A DNA stretch of 64,000 nt, taken from the NCBI GenBank assembly GCA_036504295.1, contig DASXVK010000198.1, positions 1,581 through 65,580 on the forward strand. The letters run 5' to 3'. Shown here piece after piece: positions 17,189 through 28,367 of this stretch. Under the pieces are notes generated by a model that saw only the letters and a list, made by a program, of their open reading frames with translations, made no database searches and had not been told where the DNA came from. The DNA comes from Polyangia bacterium (GTDB lineage: Bacteria > Myxococcota_A > Polyangia > JACRCY01). Numbering within the stretch: position 1 is the first letter of the stretch; each line of letters opens with the position of its first letter. The position numbers and the translations under genes are program-made.

Positions 17189-20100
17189 CGAGGTCGCTCG
17201 GGCTGCGGCTCGACCAGGCGTCGGGGAAGTAGTCGTGCACCGTCGTCCCGGTGCCGTCGGCCTGGGCCCCGAATCGCGCCTGGCCCGGCAGCGTGAGCCC
17301 CGTCATGTCCGCGAGCGCGATGCGGAAGACGAGCGCCGCGGTGAGGCCGCTGACCGGGTCGACCGCGAGCGACGCGGGCGTCGTCGCCACGTCAACCCAG
17401 CCGGTTGATTCCAGCGTGGCCGCGCTGAGCACGCCCGCATCCCAGCGCAGCCGGAAGGTCTTGCCGGAGCCGCCAGCGGGCTCCGCCACGATGAGGCTCA
17501 CCTGCGCCAGCGCGGCGTCGAAGGCGGTCCAGCCGACAACGCGCCCGCGGAGCACCCCGTCGGCGACGTGGACGTAGAGCTGTCGGAGATCGACCACCGC
17601 GGCGCCGTCGTCGCCCAGCGGATCGGTCCCCGCGACCTGCGCGTAGATCGGCAGCACGATCTTGCGCACCCACGTGGTCGTCCCGTCGGAGAGGGTGAGG
17701 TTCAGGACGATCGTCTGATGGGCCAACGCGCCCGCGCCGACCTGGATGCGGAAGAACGTGCTCGAGCCGATCGCCTGACTGCCGGCGGGGATGGCGCCGC
17801 TGCCGAAGGTCGCGTGGGTGAAGGCGAGCGTGACTGACGCCGTGTTCTCGGCGGCCAACGTCAGGTCGCCCGTGACCACGCCCGCGGTCGGGCCGGAGCC
17901 GCTGTTCTGCACGTCGACCGTGAAATCGACCGTCTCACCAGGGTCCGGCAGGAAGTTGCCGTTGTCCGTGGCGGTCATGTTGACCGACTCGACCGACACC
18001 CCCGGCCACGGCACCGGCACCGCGACGTCGAGCAGCCACGTGGCCGTGCCGTCGGTGAGGGTGAGGACGAAGCTCAGCGGCTTGCCGTCGTTGAACGCGG
18101 TCGCGACGTCGAAGGTCCACGGGTCGCCGGCGATCTTCTGGCCCGTGACGAGAGGGCCGGCGCCGAAGGCGTGCGGCGTCGTCTGGTTGAGGCTGGCGCC
18201 GATCGCGGCGGCGGTGGCCGCGTCCTTGGGCGCGAGCGTGCCGGTGAGCGCCGCGGTCGTCGCGGCGCCGTCGTTGCGCAGCGTGACCGTGAGCGCGGCG
18301 CCCGTCGTGCCGGGCGCGAGGGTGGCCGGGGTGGTGACGATGCCGTCCACCTTCAGGTTCGGCGGCATCGGGAGCTGGATGTAGCTGGTCTTGTCGCCGG
18401 GCGCCGAGAAGGGGATGCCCTGCGCCTTGTAGCTGTTCGTACCGTAGAAGATGGTGAAGTCGTCGATCACGCAGCTCCCGCTGTAGTTGTGGTCGATCCG
18501 CAGGAACCACGGGTTCGTCACCGACGGCGGCAGGTGGGCCATCTGCGCCGAGATGTCGATGTCGTAGGTCCAGGAGCCGCTCGTGCCGGCGTTGCCGTTG
18601 AACCGGGTGCCGTTCCAGGTCGGGTTGACCGGATCGGCGCCGTAGCCGAGGAAGAGGTCGACGTCGCTCTCCCACGTGAGGGCCGAGGTCGTCATCTTCA
18701 CGTGCGCCGTCGCGCGCGCCCCGATGTAGAGGTCGATCGGGATGTCGACGTTGAGCTCGTTGACGTGCACCTTGAGCGCGACCGAGGTCTGGCTGTGCGA
18801 GCCGTCGACGGTGAGGCGGAACTGGTTCGCCGCGGTCTCGCCGCCCGCGGGGCACGCCGGGAAGCTGCCCGTGTCGGTCGTGATGGTGATCTTGGGGTCG
18901 GTGGTGGGCATGCTGAGGACGCCGGTGAGCGCCGGGCCGGTCTTGTCGCCGACGTTGCGCAGCTTGACCGTGAGCGCCACGTCGGTGTTGGTGCCGGCGG
19001 TGCCGCTCGGGACGATCGGGTTCGGCGTGGTCTCGATGGCGGCGAACTCCATGACCGGCTGCGGCGGGCGGATCTGGATCTCGTCGACCGTCCAGCGGTC
19101 CGCGCTCGAGCCGATGTAACGCAGCGCGAGGTACACCTTGGCGTGGCCCATGATGGGCGAGGTCGGCGGGATGAGGACGCTGCGGTGCACCCAGCCGGCG
19201 GCCTGCTCCACGGGCAGCGTGGGCGTGAACGCGACGTACCCCGGCGTCTGCGACGGGTCGGGGTTGTCGAACGCGTACTCGAGGGTGTGGCTCTGGGCCG
19301 CCGAGGCGTCCTCCTCGTACTGCCACCAGTCGAAGACGAGGCCCTCGGCCGGCGCGGTCGTCAGGTCGAGGCACGGCAGCACGAGGACGTCGTTGCAGTT
19401 GCCGCTCCAGCCGTGCTGGACGCCGTAGGAGCCGTCGTGCGGCCGGGCGGTGGAGACGGTCCAGCCGCAGCCGGTGACGCCGGAGTGGTACTCGCGCCAC
19501 CACCCGGGCAGGATGCCGCCCTCGAAGCTCTCGCGGGCGATGGGGGGCACGACGCAGGTCTCGGGCGCGGTCGTGAAGGTGTGGAAGCCCGTCGGGGCGT
19601 CGGCCGGATGGGTCGCGATGTTGCCCATCGGCGCGCTGTCCTTCGCCTCGATGTAGTAGTCGACGCCGGCGGTCGTGACCGCGCTGGCCGGGATCGTCTG
19701 CACCCACGGCGAGCTGGTGTTCGCCTGCGTCATCGTGAGCGAGGTCCAGTCGGTGCCGCCGGCGACGCGGTAGTAGAGCTTCACGCCGTTCGCGGCGATG
19801 CCGGTCTGGTCGTCGACCGTCGCGGTGACGGGCACGGGCCGGCTCTCGGGCTGGCCGTTGCCGACGGGCGTGTGCGTGATGACGGGCGGCTGATCGTCGC
19901 CGGGGCTGACGGTGAAGCTGAAGGCGGTGTCGGGCGCGTTCTTCGGCAGGGTCGAGGTGTGCGGCGTCGGCGAGTCCAGGTCGACCGCCTCGAGCCAGTA
20001 CTCGACCGACGGCGGCACGACCGCGCCGTTCGGCAGGCTCGCCTCGTAGGTGCCGTTCGTGCCGGAGGCGGCGAGGGGCAGGTCCTCCCACGCGGCCGCG

Positions 20101-20669
20101 CCGGGGGCGCGGTAGTGACACACGACGCTCGCGACGCCGCTGGCGTCGTTGACGGTGGCCCGGATCTGCACCGGCGTCCCGAGCACGCGATCGTTCGCGA
20201 CCGGCACGTGCGAGATGACCGGGCCCTCGGTGTCGCCGGTCTCGCCGGTGACGGTGAAGCTGAACGCCTCGGTCGGCGCCGCGACGGGCAGGGTCGCGGT
20301 CGCGCCCTTGCGATCGGTGGCCGCGAAGTAGTAGCTGATGCTCGGCGCCACGACCCCGGCCGCGGGGATCTCGCCCGTGTACGTGGTCGAGCGGACGCCG
20401 GCCTCCTGCAGGCTCACGGTCTGCCAGGCCGACGCGTGCGCCACCTGGTAGAAGACCGTGACCGACGCCACGCCGTCGGGGTCCTCGACCGTCGCGGTGA
20501 GCGTCACGGCCTGGCCCGCGGGCTGCGGGGTGGTGAGCGCGGTGTGGGTCACCACCGGCCCCTGGTTGGCGCTGGTGCTCGGGTTGGTGCACGAGGCGAG
20601 GCAGGCGCTGAGCAGCAGCGCGCAGCCGAGCCGAGACGAGATGCTGCCGGAGACTCGAATCATGTTCAT
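17169..20669 (-). CDS. Large (1166 aa) multi-domain lipoprotein
   Basis: Lipobox LLLSACLASC. Three approx. 100-aa N-terminal repeats, each reading P-V-I/T-H-T/V-P...D..GVASV...YY..A.D...P...F.FTV. A middle segment (RESFEGGILPGWW...) resembles choice-of-anchor-J/MAM-like domains. A P-domain-like segment follows (SGSCVIDDFTIFY). Its 3' end overlaps the convergent fibre gene by 20 bp. Confidence 0.85.
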   Translation of the reverse strand: MNMIRVSGSISSRLGCALLLSACLASCTNPSTSANQGPVVTHTALTTPQPAGQAVTLTATVEDPDGVASVTVFYQVAHASAWQTVSLQEAGVRSTTYTGEIPAAGVVAPSISYYFAATDRKGATATLPVAAPTEAFSFTVTGETGDTEGPVISHVPVANDRVLGTPVQIRATVNDASGVASVVCHYRAPGAAAWEDLPLAASGTNGTYEASLPNGAVVPPSVEYWLEAVDLDSPTPHTSTLPKNAPDTAFSFTVSPGDDQPPVITHTPVGNGQPESRPVPVTATVDDQTGIAANGVKLYYRVAGGTDWTSLTMTQANTSSPWVQTIPASAVTTAGVDYYIEAKDSAPMGNIATHPADAPTGFHTFTTAPETCVVPPIARESFEGGILPGWWREYHSGVTGCGWTVSTARPHDGSYGVQHGWSGNCNDVLVLPCLDLTTAPAEGLVFDWWQYEEDASAAQSHTLEYAFDNPDPSQTPGYVAFTPTLPVEQAAGWVHRSVLIPPTSPIMGHAKVYLALRYIGSSADRWTVDEIQIRPPQPVMEFAAIETTPNPIVPSGTAGTNTDVALTVKLRNVGDKTGPALTGVLSMPTTDPKITITTDTGSFPACPAGGETAANQFRLTVDGSHSQTSVALKVHVNELNVDIPIDLYIGARATAHVKMTTSALTWESDVDLFLGYGADPVNPTWNGTRFNGNAGTSGSWTYDIDISAQMAHLPPSVTNPWFLRIDHNYSGSCVIDDFTIFYGTNSYKAQGIPFSAPGDKTSYIQLPMPPNLKVDGIVTTPATLAPGTTGAALTVTLRNDGAATTAALTGTLAPKDAATAAAIGASLNQTTPHAFGAGPLVTGQKIAGDPWTFDVATAFNDGKPLSFVLTLTDGTATWLLDVAVPVPWPGVSVESVNMTATDNGNFLPDPGETVDFTVDVQNSGSGPTAGVVTGDLTLAAENTASVTLAFTHATFGSGAIPAGSQAIGSSTFFRIQVGAGALAHQTIVLNLTLSDGTTTWVRKIVLPIYAQVAGTDPLGDDGAAVVDLRQLYVHVADGVLRGRVVGWTAFDAALAQVSLIVAEPAGGSGKTFRLRWDAGVLSAATLESTGWVDVATTPASLAVDPVSGLTAALVFRIALADMTGLTLPGQARFGAQADGTGTTVHDYFPDAWSSRSPSDLVTVSWP

Positions 20670-20822
20670 CTCATTCCCCTGACCGTCGCGGGGGACTACA
20701 CCACACGGGGCCGGCCGGAGTCAACGTGGGGGCGCCGGCCAGGGGCCCGAGCCCCCGGGTGCGACCGGCCGCGCGCCGCAGTTGGGCTGCGGCGCCCTGG
20801 TCGGCTACCATTGACCTCCTGC

Positions 20823-21842
20823 ATGCTGCACCCCCTCGTCTCCGTCTTGCTGCCGGTCCGCGACGCCGCGGCGACCCTCGCCGCCGCGCTGGACTCGGTG
20901 CAGGCGCAGACGCTCCGGGAGCACGAGGTGGTCGTCGTCCTCGACGGCTGCGCCGACGCGAGCGCCGACATCGTCGCCGCGCGCGCCCGCGCCGACGCGC
21001 GCGTGCGGCCGCTGCACCAGCCGGCGCACGGCCTGGTCGCGGCGCTGAACGCCGGCCTCGTCGCCGCCCGGGCGCCCCTGGTGGCGCGCCACGACGCCGA
21101 CGACCGCATGCGGCCGGAGCGGCTCGCGGCCCAGGCGGCCGCGCTCGACTCGCACCCGGAGTGGGACGCCGTGACCTGCGGCGTGGCCTACGCGGCGCCG
21201 CCCGGCGCGCCCGCCGGGCCGGGGATGGCGCGCTTCGTCGCGTGGCTGAACGGGCTCGCCACGCCGGCCGCGATCCGCGCCGCCCGCTTCATCGACGCGC
21301 CGGTGGCGCACCCCGCGGTGATGTACCGGCGGCACGCGATCCTCGAGGCCGGCGGCTACCACGACGGCCCCTTCCCCGAGGACACCGAGCTGTGGCTGCG
21401 GCTCCTCGCCGCGCGGCCCGTGATCGGGCGCGTCCCCGACGTGCTCATGGAGTGGCAGGACCGGCCCGACCGCCTGACCCGCGTCGACGCGCGGTACGCG
21501 CGGGCGGCCGCGCAGGCGCTCATGCACCGCTTCCTCCTCGCCGGCCCGCTCGCCGGCGGGCGCCGGTGCCGCGTCTGGGGGGCGGGCCCATACGGCCGGC
21601 GCCACGCCCGCGACCTCGGCCGCGCCGGCGCGCTCATCGACGACCTCATCGACATCGACCCGCGCAAGATCGGCCGCCGCGTCGCCGGGGGCCGGCCCGT
21701 GCGGGGCGTCGAGTCGGTCGGCCCGCCCGACGGCCGCCTGATCCTCGTCGCCGTCGCCGCCGCCGGGGCGCGCGCGCAGGTCGCGGCCTGGCTCGAGGAG
21801 CGCGGCCACCGCCTCGAGGAGGACTACCTCCCGGTGCAGTAG
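20823..21842 (+). CDS. Family-2 glycosyltransferase
   Basis: MLHPLVSVLLPVRDAAATL...VVVVLDGCADAS...ARHDADDRMRPERL. This is the GT2 N-terminal signature including the DxD-type motif. It is the in-frame internal start of track ORF 18171-21842, whose upstream part is an antisense shadow of the lipoprotein gene. Confidence 0.85.
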   Translation: MLHPLVSVLLPVRDAAATLAAALDSVQAQTLREHEVVVVLDGCADASADIVAARARADARVRPLHQPAHGLVAALNAGLVAARAPLVARHDADDRMRPERLAAQAAALDSHPEWDAVTCGVAYAAPPGAPAGPGMARFVAWLNGLATPAAIRAARFIDAPVAHPAVMYRRHAILEAGGYHDGPFPEDTELWLRLLAARPVIGRVPDVLMEWQDRPDRLTRVDARYARAAAQALMHRFLLAGPLAGGRRCRVWGAGPYGRRHARDLGRAGALIDDLIDIDPRKIGRRVAGGRPVRGVESVGPPDGRLILVAVAAAGARAQVAAWLEERGHRLEEDYLPVQ

Positions 21843-21854
21843 TCGACCGGCCTC

Positions 21855-22784
21855 CTACCAGCCGGCCTCGCCGGCGAGGAAGCGCGCGATGGCGGGGACG
21901 ACCACGTCCGGCCGCTCGAGCAGGGCGAAGTGGCCCGCGCGCCACAGCCGCAGGTGCCGCGCGCGCGGCATGCGCCGCGCCATCTGCAGCGACTGGCGCG
22001 CCGGCGTCAGCGGGTCGAGCGCGCCGCTCACGATGAGCGTCGGCGTGTCGATCTCGCGCAGCAGGTGGTAGGCCGAGTGCGCGTCGAGCTCCTGGAACAG
22101 CCGCAGGTAGGTCGTGAAGCTCGGCCCGAGCACGTCGGCGAAGTACTGGCGCAGCATCGGCCTGAGCTCCTTCACGCGCCGCCCGGCCGTGAGGAGGAAG
22201 ATCCCCATGGTCGGGATCTCGGTCGTGCGCGCCAGCCGCGCGAGCCAGCCGGCGAGGGAGGGGTGGTCGCGCAGGAACTCGAGGATCGCGTGCAGCCGCG
22301 GCGGCAGGCCGGGCAGCGAGAAGATCGGCTGGAAGCCGTGGCTCAGCACGTGGCCGTAGGTGCCGTTGACGAGCGCGAGCCCGGCGACCCGTCCCGGCTC
22401 CGCCGCGGCGAACTCGAGCGCCACCTGCACGCCCATCGACCAGCCGACGAACGCGGCGCGCGCGACCCCCTCGGCGTCGAGGATCGCGCGGGCGTCCTCG
22501 ACGTGGTGGGCGAGGGCGAGGCGGCGCAGCGATCGGGGGCTGTCCGACTCGAAGAGGCCGCGGTAGTCCCACGTGATGAAGCGGTACCGCTCCCACAGAG
22601 CGGTGACCAGCGGGCGCCACGAGTAGAGGCGCCCGCCGAGGCCGTTCGCGAGCATGACCGTGTGGGGGCCGGTGCCGACGACGTCGTAGTGCAGGCCCAC
22701 GCCGTCGGCGGCGAGGACGCGGCCGGGCCGGTGCGTGGGGGCCCAGGGGGTGTCGCGCACGCTCGGCTCGGGCGCCTGGCTCAC
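21855..22784 (-). CDS. Alpha/beta-fold hydrolase
   Basis: 309 aa. Oxyanion/HG region VMLANGLGG and nucleophile elbow GWSMGV. Confidence 0.85.
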   Translation of the reverse strand: MSQAPEPSVRDTPWAPTHRPGRVLAADGVGLHYDVVGTGPHTVMLANGLGGRLYSWRPLVTALWERYRFITWDYRGLFESDSPRSLRRLALAHHVEDARAILDAEGVARAAFVGWSMGVQVALEFAAAEPGRVAGLALVNGTYGHVLSHGFQPIFSLPGLPPRLHAILEFLRDHPSLAGWLARLARTTEIPTMGIFLLTAGRRVKELRPMLRQYFADVLGPSFTTYLRLFQELDAHSAYHLLREIDTPTLIVSGALDPLTPARQSLQMARRMPRARHLRLWRAGHFALLERPDVVVPAIARFLAGEAGW

Positions 22785-22870
22785 GGGACCAGCGTAGACG
22801 AGGCGCGCGGCCGTGCCAAGCGGCGGGGGCGGCGCTTGCGCCGGCCGCCGCGATCGCGGAGCATGGCGCC

Positions 22871-23296
22871 ATGGAGCCGCTGCGTCCCTCCCGGGCCCCC
22901 TGGCGCGCTGTCATCGTGATCCTCGGCGGCGTCCTCGCCGCGTGCGCCGGCGAGGGGCGCGCCCCGGGGCCCGCGCCGCAGGCGGCGATGGCGTCGCCCG
23001 CGCGTTCGGCCGAGGCCGCTCCACCCGCCGCGGCCGGCGCCGCGACCACCATCGAGGGCGTCGCTCGCAACGCGAAGGCGGGCGCCGTCGTGCTCACCGC
23101 CGGCGGCGAGCCCGTCTACGTGCAGGGCCTCGACGCCTGGCCCAGGGACGTGGACGGCAAGACCGTGGTCGCCACCGGGCGCCTCGTCGACAAGAAGCTC
23201 ATCCCCGATCCCGTCGGCCCCGACGGCGAGCTGCGGCAGGGCGCCGTGGGGACGCAGCGCGTCCTCGAGCAGCCCGCGTGGCGGGTGAAGCCGTAG
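22871..23296 (+). CDS. Hypothetical lipoprotein
   Basis: 141 aa. Signal peptide plus lipobox (VIVILGGVLAACAG), an Ala/Pro linker, and a plausible globular C-terminal part. GC3 is high. Confidence 0.6.
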   Translation: MEPLRPSRAPWRAVIVILGGVLAACAGEGRAPGPAPQAAMASPARSAEAAPPAAAGAATTIEGVARNAKAGAVVLTAGGEPVYVQGLDAWPRDVDGKTVVATGRLVDKKLIPDPVGPDGELRQGAVGTQRVLEQPAWRVKP

Positions 23297-23299
23297 CCC

Positions 23300-24334
23300 A
23301 TGCATCCCACCCTTCGTCTCCTCGCCGTCGCCGGCGTCGTGCTCGCCCTCGGGGCCGGGCTCGCGGTGGCGGGCGCGCCCGGCGGGCAGCCCATGGACAA
23401 GGACGGTCGCTTCACCAATCTGGACGGCACGACCCCGCAGAGCTTCGGCTCCGTCCTGCGCTGGGGGGTGTGGGACCGCCTCACCCGCAAGCGGCGCCGC
23501 AGCCCCGACCGGGCGCCGGTGCCGCGGGTGCAGCCCGACCTCGGCCTCCTCGCGCGGCCGCCGGCGAAGGGGGAGGGCGCGCGCCTCACCTGGCTGGGGC
23601 ACGCGAGCTGGCTCGTGCAACTCGACGGGGTCTCGCTGCTCGTCGACCCGGTGCTGTCGCCGTCGATCCAGGGCGTGGTCGCGCGCAACGCACCCGCCGC
23701 CCTCGCCGCCGCCGACCTGCCGCCGGTGGCCGCGCAGCTCGTCAGCCACAACCACTTCGACCACCTCGATCTGGCGACGCTGCGGCGCGTGCGCGCGCCG
23801 GTCGTCGCCGGCCTGGGCCTGAAGTCCTTCTTCCGGCGCGAGGGCCTGCCCGCGACCGAGCTGGGCTGGTGGGGGCAGACGAAGGTCGGCCCGGTGACGA
23901 TCACGTTCGTGCCGGCCCAGCACTGGAGCCGCCGCGGCGTGTTCGACGCGAACAAGACGCTGTGGGGCGGCTTCGTCATCGAGGGCTCGTCGGCGCGCCT
24001 CTACCACACCGGCGACACCGCGTACTTCCCCGGCTTCGCCGAGGTCGGCCGGCGCTTCCCGCGCCTCGACGCCGCGCTCGTGCCGATCGGCGCCTACGAT
24101 CCCGCCTGGTTCATGCAGCGCCAGCACATGAGCCCGGAGCAGGCGGTGCAGGCGGCGCTCGACTGCGGCGCGAAGGCCGCGCTGCCCATGCACTGGGGCG
24201 CGTTCAAGCTCTCCGACGAGCCGCTCGACGAGCCGCCCCGCCGCTTCACCGCCGAGTGGCGCCGCCGCGGCCTCGCCGCCGAGCGGATGCGGGTGCTGGC
24301 GATCGGCGAGTCGGTGATGGTGCGGTCCCGGTAG
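23300..24334 (+). CDS. MBL-fold metallo-hydrolase (NAPE-PLD-like/Lactamase_B_2 type)
   Basis: 344 aa with a signal peptide. Motifs: LTWLGHASWLV, the metal motif SHNHFDHLD, and YHTGDTAYFPGF. Confidence 0.85.
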   Translation: MHPTLRLLAVAGVVLALGAGLAVAGAPGGQPMDKDGRFTNLDGTTPQSFGSVLRWGVWDRLTRKRRRSPDRAPVPRVQPDLGLLARPPAKGEGARLTWLGHASWLVQLDGVSLLVDPVLSPSIQGVVARNAPAALAAADLPPVAAQLVSHNHFDHLDLATLRRVRAPVVAGLGLKSFFRREGLPATELGWWGQTKVGPVTITFVPAQHWSRRGVFDANKTLWGGFVIEGSSARLYHTGDTAYFPGFAEVGRRFPRLDAALVPIGAYDPAWFMQRQHMSPEQAVQAALDCGAKAALPMHWGAFKLSDEPLDEPPRRFTAEWRRRGLAAERMRVLAIGESVMVRSR

Positions 24335-24375
24335 CGCGCCCGCCGCCGTTGCCGCCGGCGCCGCGCGAACCGATA

Positions 24376-24915
24376 ATGAACGGAGAGCGGAGCGTGCGGA
24401 GCGATGACGAGCTCATGGCGCTGACCGGCGTCATCCGGGCGCTCACGCGGGTGCCCGGCGCGCTCGCCTACGTCAACCCGAGCGGCGAGACGTTGCTGCT
24501 CCCGGCCAACCTCGACGAGACCGTGGCGTTCGCCGGGCAGCACGGCCGCCTGCCGCTCGAGGTCTGGACCAACGTGCGGATGATGAAGCTCACCGGTCTC
24601 GCGGACGGCTGGATGCTCATGGACACGGTCGGCCTCGGGCAGCTCGATCTGCCGGACCACGAGGCCGTGTTCCACGAGGGGGACTTCGACCCGAACGAGG
24701 TCGCCCGCTTCCTGCGCAACGTGAGCCTCTACGTGACCGGTGCCGGCGACGTCATCCAGGAGGGGCACACCCTCGATGGCAAGGGCGGCATGAACTGGCG
24801 GGCGCAGCGCTTCGAGGACGGGGTGAGCGGCCCGCCCCGACCGACGGTGCGGCTGTTCCCCACCCGTGGCTCCGCGATCCCGGGCCAGCTCCGTTCGCCG
24901 ATGGCGCAAGGGTAG
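24376..24915 (+). CDS. DUF4261-like protein
   Basis: Internal ATG of track ORF 22813-24915. The upstream part of that ORF is Arg-rich junk overlapping real genes. The sequence ...LPLEVWTNVRMMKL...GWMLMDTVGLGQLDLPDHEAVF...ARFLRNVSLYV...GDVIQEGHTLDG fits my memory of DUF4261 proteins. Confidence 0.6.
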   Translation: MNGERSVRSDDELMALTGVIRALTRVPGALAYVNPSGETLLLPANLDETVAFAGQHGRLPLEVWTNVRMMKLTGLADGWMLMDTVGLGQLDLPDHEAVFHEGDFDPNEVARFLRNVSLYVTGAGDVIQEGHTLDGKGGMNWRAQRFEDGVSGPPRPTVRLFPTRGSAIPGQLRSPMAQG

Positions 24916-24988
24916 TGCTCGACCCATGTGCTTCAAAACCGTCGGGAGGCGATGCTCTATCCCTGGATGCCCGGTCATGTCGGCCAGC

Positions 24989-25007
24989 ACCGTCGTCTCG
25001 CGACGGT
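24989..25007. terminator. Short hairpin between convergent genes
   Basis: ACCGTCG-tctcg-CGACGGT followed by TT, in the 116-bp gap between the 3' ends of the DUF4261-like and deaminase genes. Confidence 0.3.
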
Positions 25008-25031
25008 TTCGCGCGGGATGGGTGAGCCCCG

Positions 25032-26450
25032 TCAGTCGCGCCGGGCGAGGTAGTCGATGCCGGTCCGCGCGTGCGCCCGCGCGACCATGCCGTCCGCGAG
25101 GCGCTGGGCGCGCTGGCTCAGCGCCTGCTCGTCCGCGGTGACGAGGCGGCGGCCGCTCACGACCACGCGGCCGTTGACGAGCACCGTCTCCGCCCGCGTG
25201 CTCGTGCCGCCCATGAGCAGGCCGTCGAGCGGGTCGTGGACCCCGGCGAAGCCGAGCTCGCCGAGGTCGAAGACCGCGAGGTCGGCGGCCTTGCCCGGGG
25301 CGATGCGGCCGATGTCGTCGCGCCCGAGGACGCTGGCGCTGCCGCGCGTCGCGAGCTCGAGGGCGCGCATGGTCGGCATCGCGGTGATGCCCGTGCCCAC
25401 GCGGTGGACGAGGAGCGCCTGCTTGACCTCGCCGAGCATGCTGGAGCTGTCGTTCGAGGCGCTGCCGTCGACGGCGAGGCCGACGGGCACGCCCGCCGCC
25501 ATCAGCGCGGGCACGCGCGCGATGCCCGACCCGAGGCGCAGGTTCGACGTGGGGCAGTGCGCGACGCCGGTCCGCGTGCGGCCGAGCAGCGCGATCTCCT
25601 GGTCGTCGAAGTGGATGCCGTGCGCGTACCACACGTCGTCGCCCACCCAGTCGCACTGCTCCATGAACGCGAGCGGCCGGACGCCGTAGATCTTCAGGCA
25701 GTAGTCGTTCTCGTCGAACGTCTCGGCCACGTGCGTGTGCAGCCGGACCCCGCGCCGGCGCGCGAGCGCGGCCGTGCGCTTCAGCAGCTCGGGGGTGACC
25801 GAGAAGGGCGAGCAGGGCGCGAGGGCGACGCGGCACATCGACAGCTCGCCGGGATCGTGGAACGCGTCGATGACGCGCTCGGAGTCGCGCAGGATGACGT
25901 CCTCGTCCTGCACGACCTCGTCGGGCGGCAGGCCGCCCTTTGAGCGGCCGCGCGACATCGAGCCGCGCGTCGGGTGGAAGCGGATGCCGAGCTCGGCGGC
26001 CGCGGCGATCTGGCCGTCGAGGAGCGTCATCGGCTGGCCCGCGGGGAAGACGTAGTGGTGGTCCGCCGCCGTCGTGCAGCCCGTCAGCAGCAGCTCGCCG
26101 AGGCCGACCATGGCGCCGACGCGCGCCGATTCGACGTCGAGCTCGCGCCACACCTCGTACAGCGTCACCAGCCACTCGAACAGCGGGGCGCTCGAGACCG
26201 CCGGCACCGCCCGCGTCAGCGTCTGGTAGAGGTGGTGGTGCGTGTTGATGAGCCCCGGCACGACCACCTTGCCGCGGCAGTCGAGGACCTCGCAGCCCTC
26301 GGCCGGGAGGCCGGCGCCGACGGCGGCGATGCGCGGCCCGCGCACGAGGACGTCGCCGTTCGCGACCACGGTGCGCGCGTCGTCCATGGTGACGACCGCG
26401 CGCGCGCCCCGGAGGAGGATGTCTGGCATGGCAGGGGCATTGTACCGCAA
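25032..26450 (-). CDS. 8-oxoguanine deaminase-like amidohydrolase
   Basis: 472 aa (alternative start MPDILL at 26429). Motifs: PGLINTHHHLYQTLTRA, LLLTGCTTAADHHY, RGSMSRGRSKGGLPPDEVVQDED, ALAPCSPFSV, HTHVAET, HCPTSNLRLGSG, DGSASND. Confidence 0.8.
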   Translation of the reverse strand: MRYNAPAMPDILLRGARAVVTMDDARTVVANGDVLVRGPRIAAVGAGLPAEGCEVLDCRGKVVVPGLINTHHHLYQTLTRAVPAVSSAPLFEWLVTLYEVWRELDVESARVGAMVGLGELLLTGCTTAADHHYVFPAGQPMTLLDGQIAAAAELGIRFHPTRGSMSRGRSKGGLPPDEVVQDEDVILRDSERVIDAFHDPGELSMCRVALAPCSPFSVTPELLKRTAALARRRGVRLHTHVAETFDENDYCLKIYGVRPLAFMEQCDWVGDDVWYAHGIHFDDQEIALLGRTRTGVAHCPTSNLRLGSGIARVPALMAAGVPVGLAVDGSASNDSSSMLGEVKQALLVHRVGTGITAMPTMRALELATRGSASVLGRDDIGRIAPGKAADLAVFDLGELGFAGVHDPLDGLLMGGTSTRAETVLVNGRVVVSGRRLVTADEQALSQRAQRLADGMVARAHARTGIDYLARRD

Positions 26451-26471
26451 GGCTTGAGGCTTGAGGCTTCC

Positions 26472-28160
<1,689 letters not shown>

Positions 28161-28221
28161 TGTCCCCCATTATTGCGCGAAGGGGCGACCGCACGCAACG
28201 CAACGAAACGCCGGGGGTTCT

Positions 28222-28255
28222 GGGGCATATGCCCCACCGTTGCGGCATATGTCGC
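28222..28255. promoter_or_regulatory. Two palindromic GGCATATG(C/T)C sites; candidate enhancer (UAS) for the downstream sigma-54 promoter
   Basis: GGGGCATATGCCCC (28222-28235) is a perfect 14-bp palindrome. GCGGCATATGTCGC (28242-28255) lies 20 bp away centre to centre. Both are about 90-110 bp upstream of the -24/-12 element. Confidence 0.35.
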
Positions 28256-28328
28256 ACCTGAGTGGCGCCGCGGGTGGCAGGGATCCGTGATCTATGCTCA
28301 ACTTTCCAGGAGTTGGGCGCCTCGGGAC

Positions 28329-28344
28329 CGGCACTGTTCTTGCT
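28329..28344 (+). promoter_or_regulatory. Sigma-54 (-24/-12) promoter upstream of the histidine kinase/EBP operon
   Basis: cGGCACtgttcTTGCt. GG and GC are separated by exactly 10 nt, matching TGGCAC-N5-TTGCW at all but the first base. It lies 24 nt upstream of the first possible start of the kinase ORF. Confidence 0.6.
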
Positions 28345-28367
28345 AGAGCCGGGACCGGAGGCGATCG

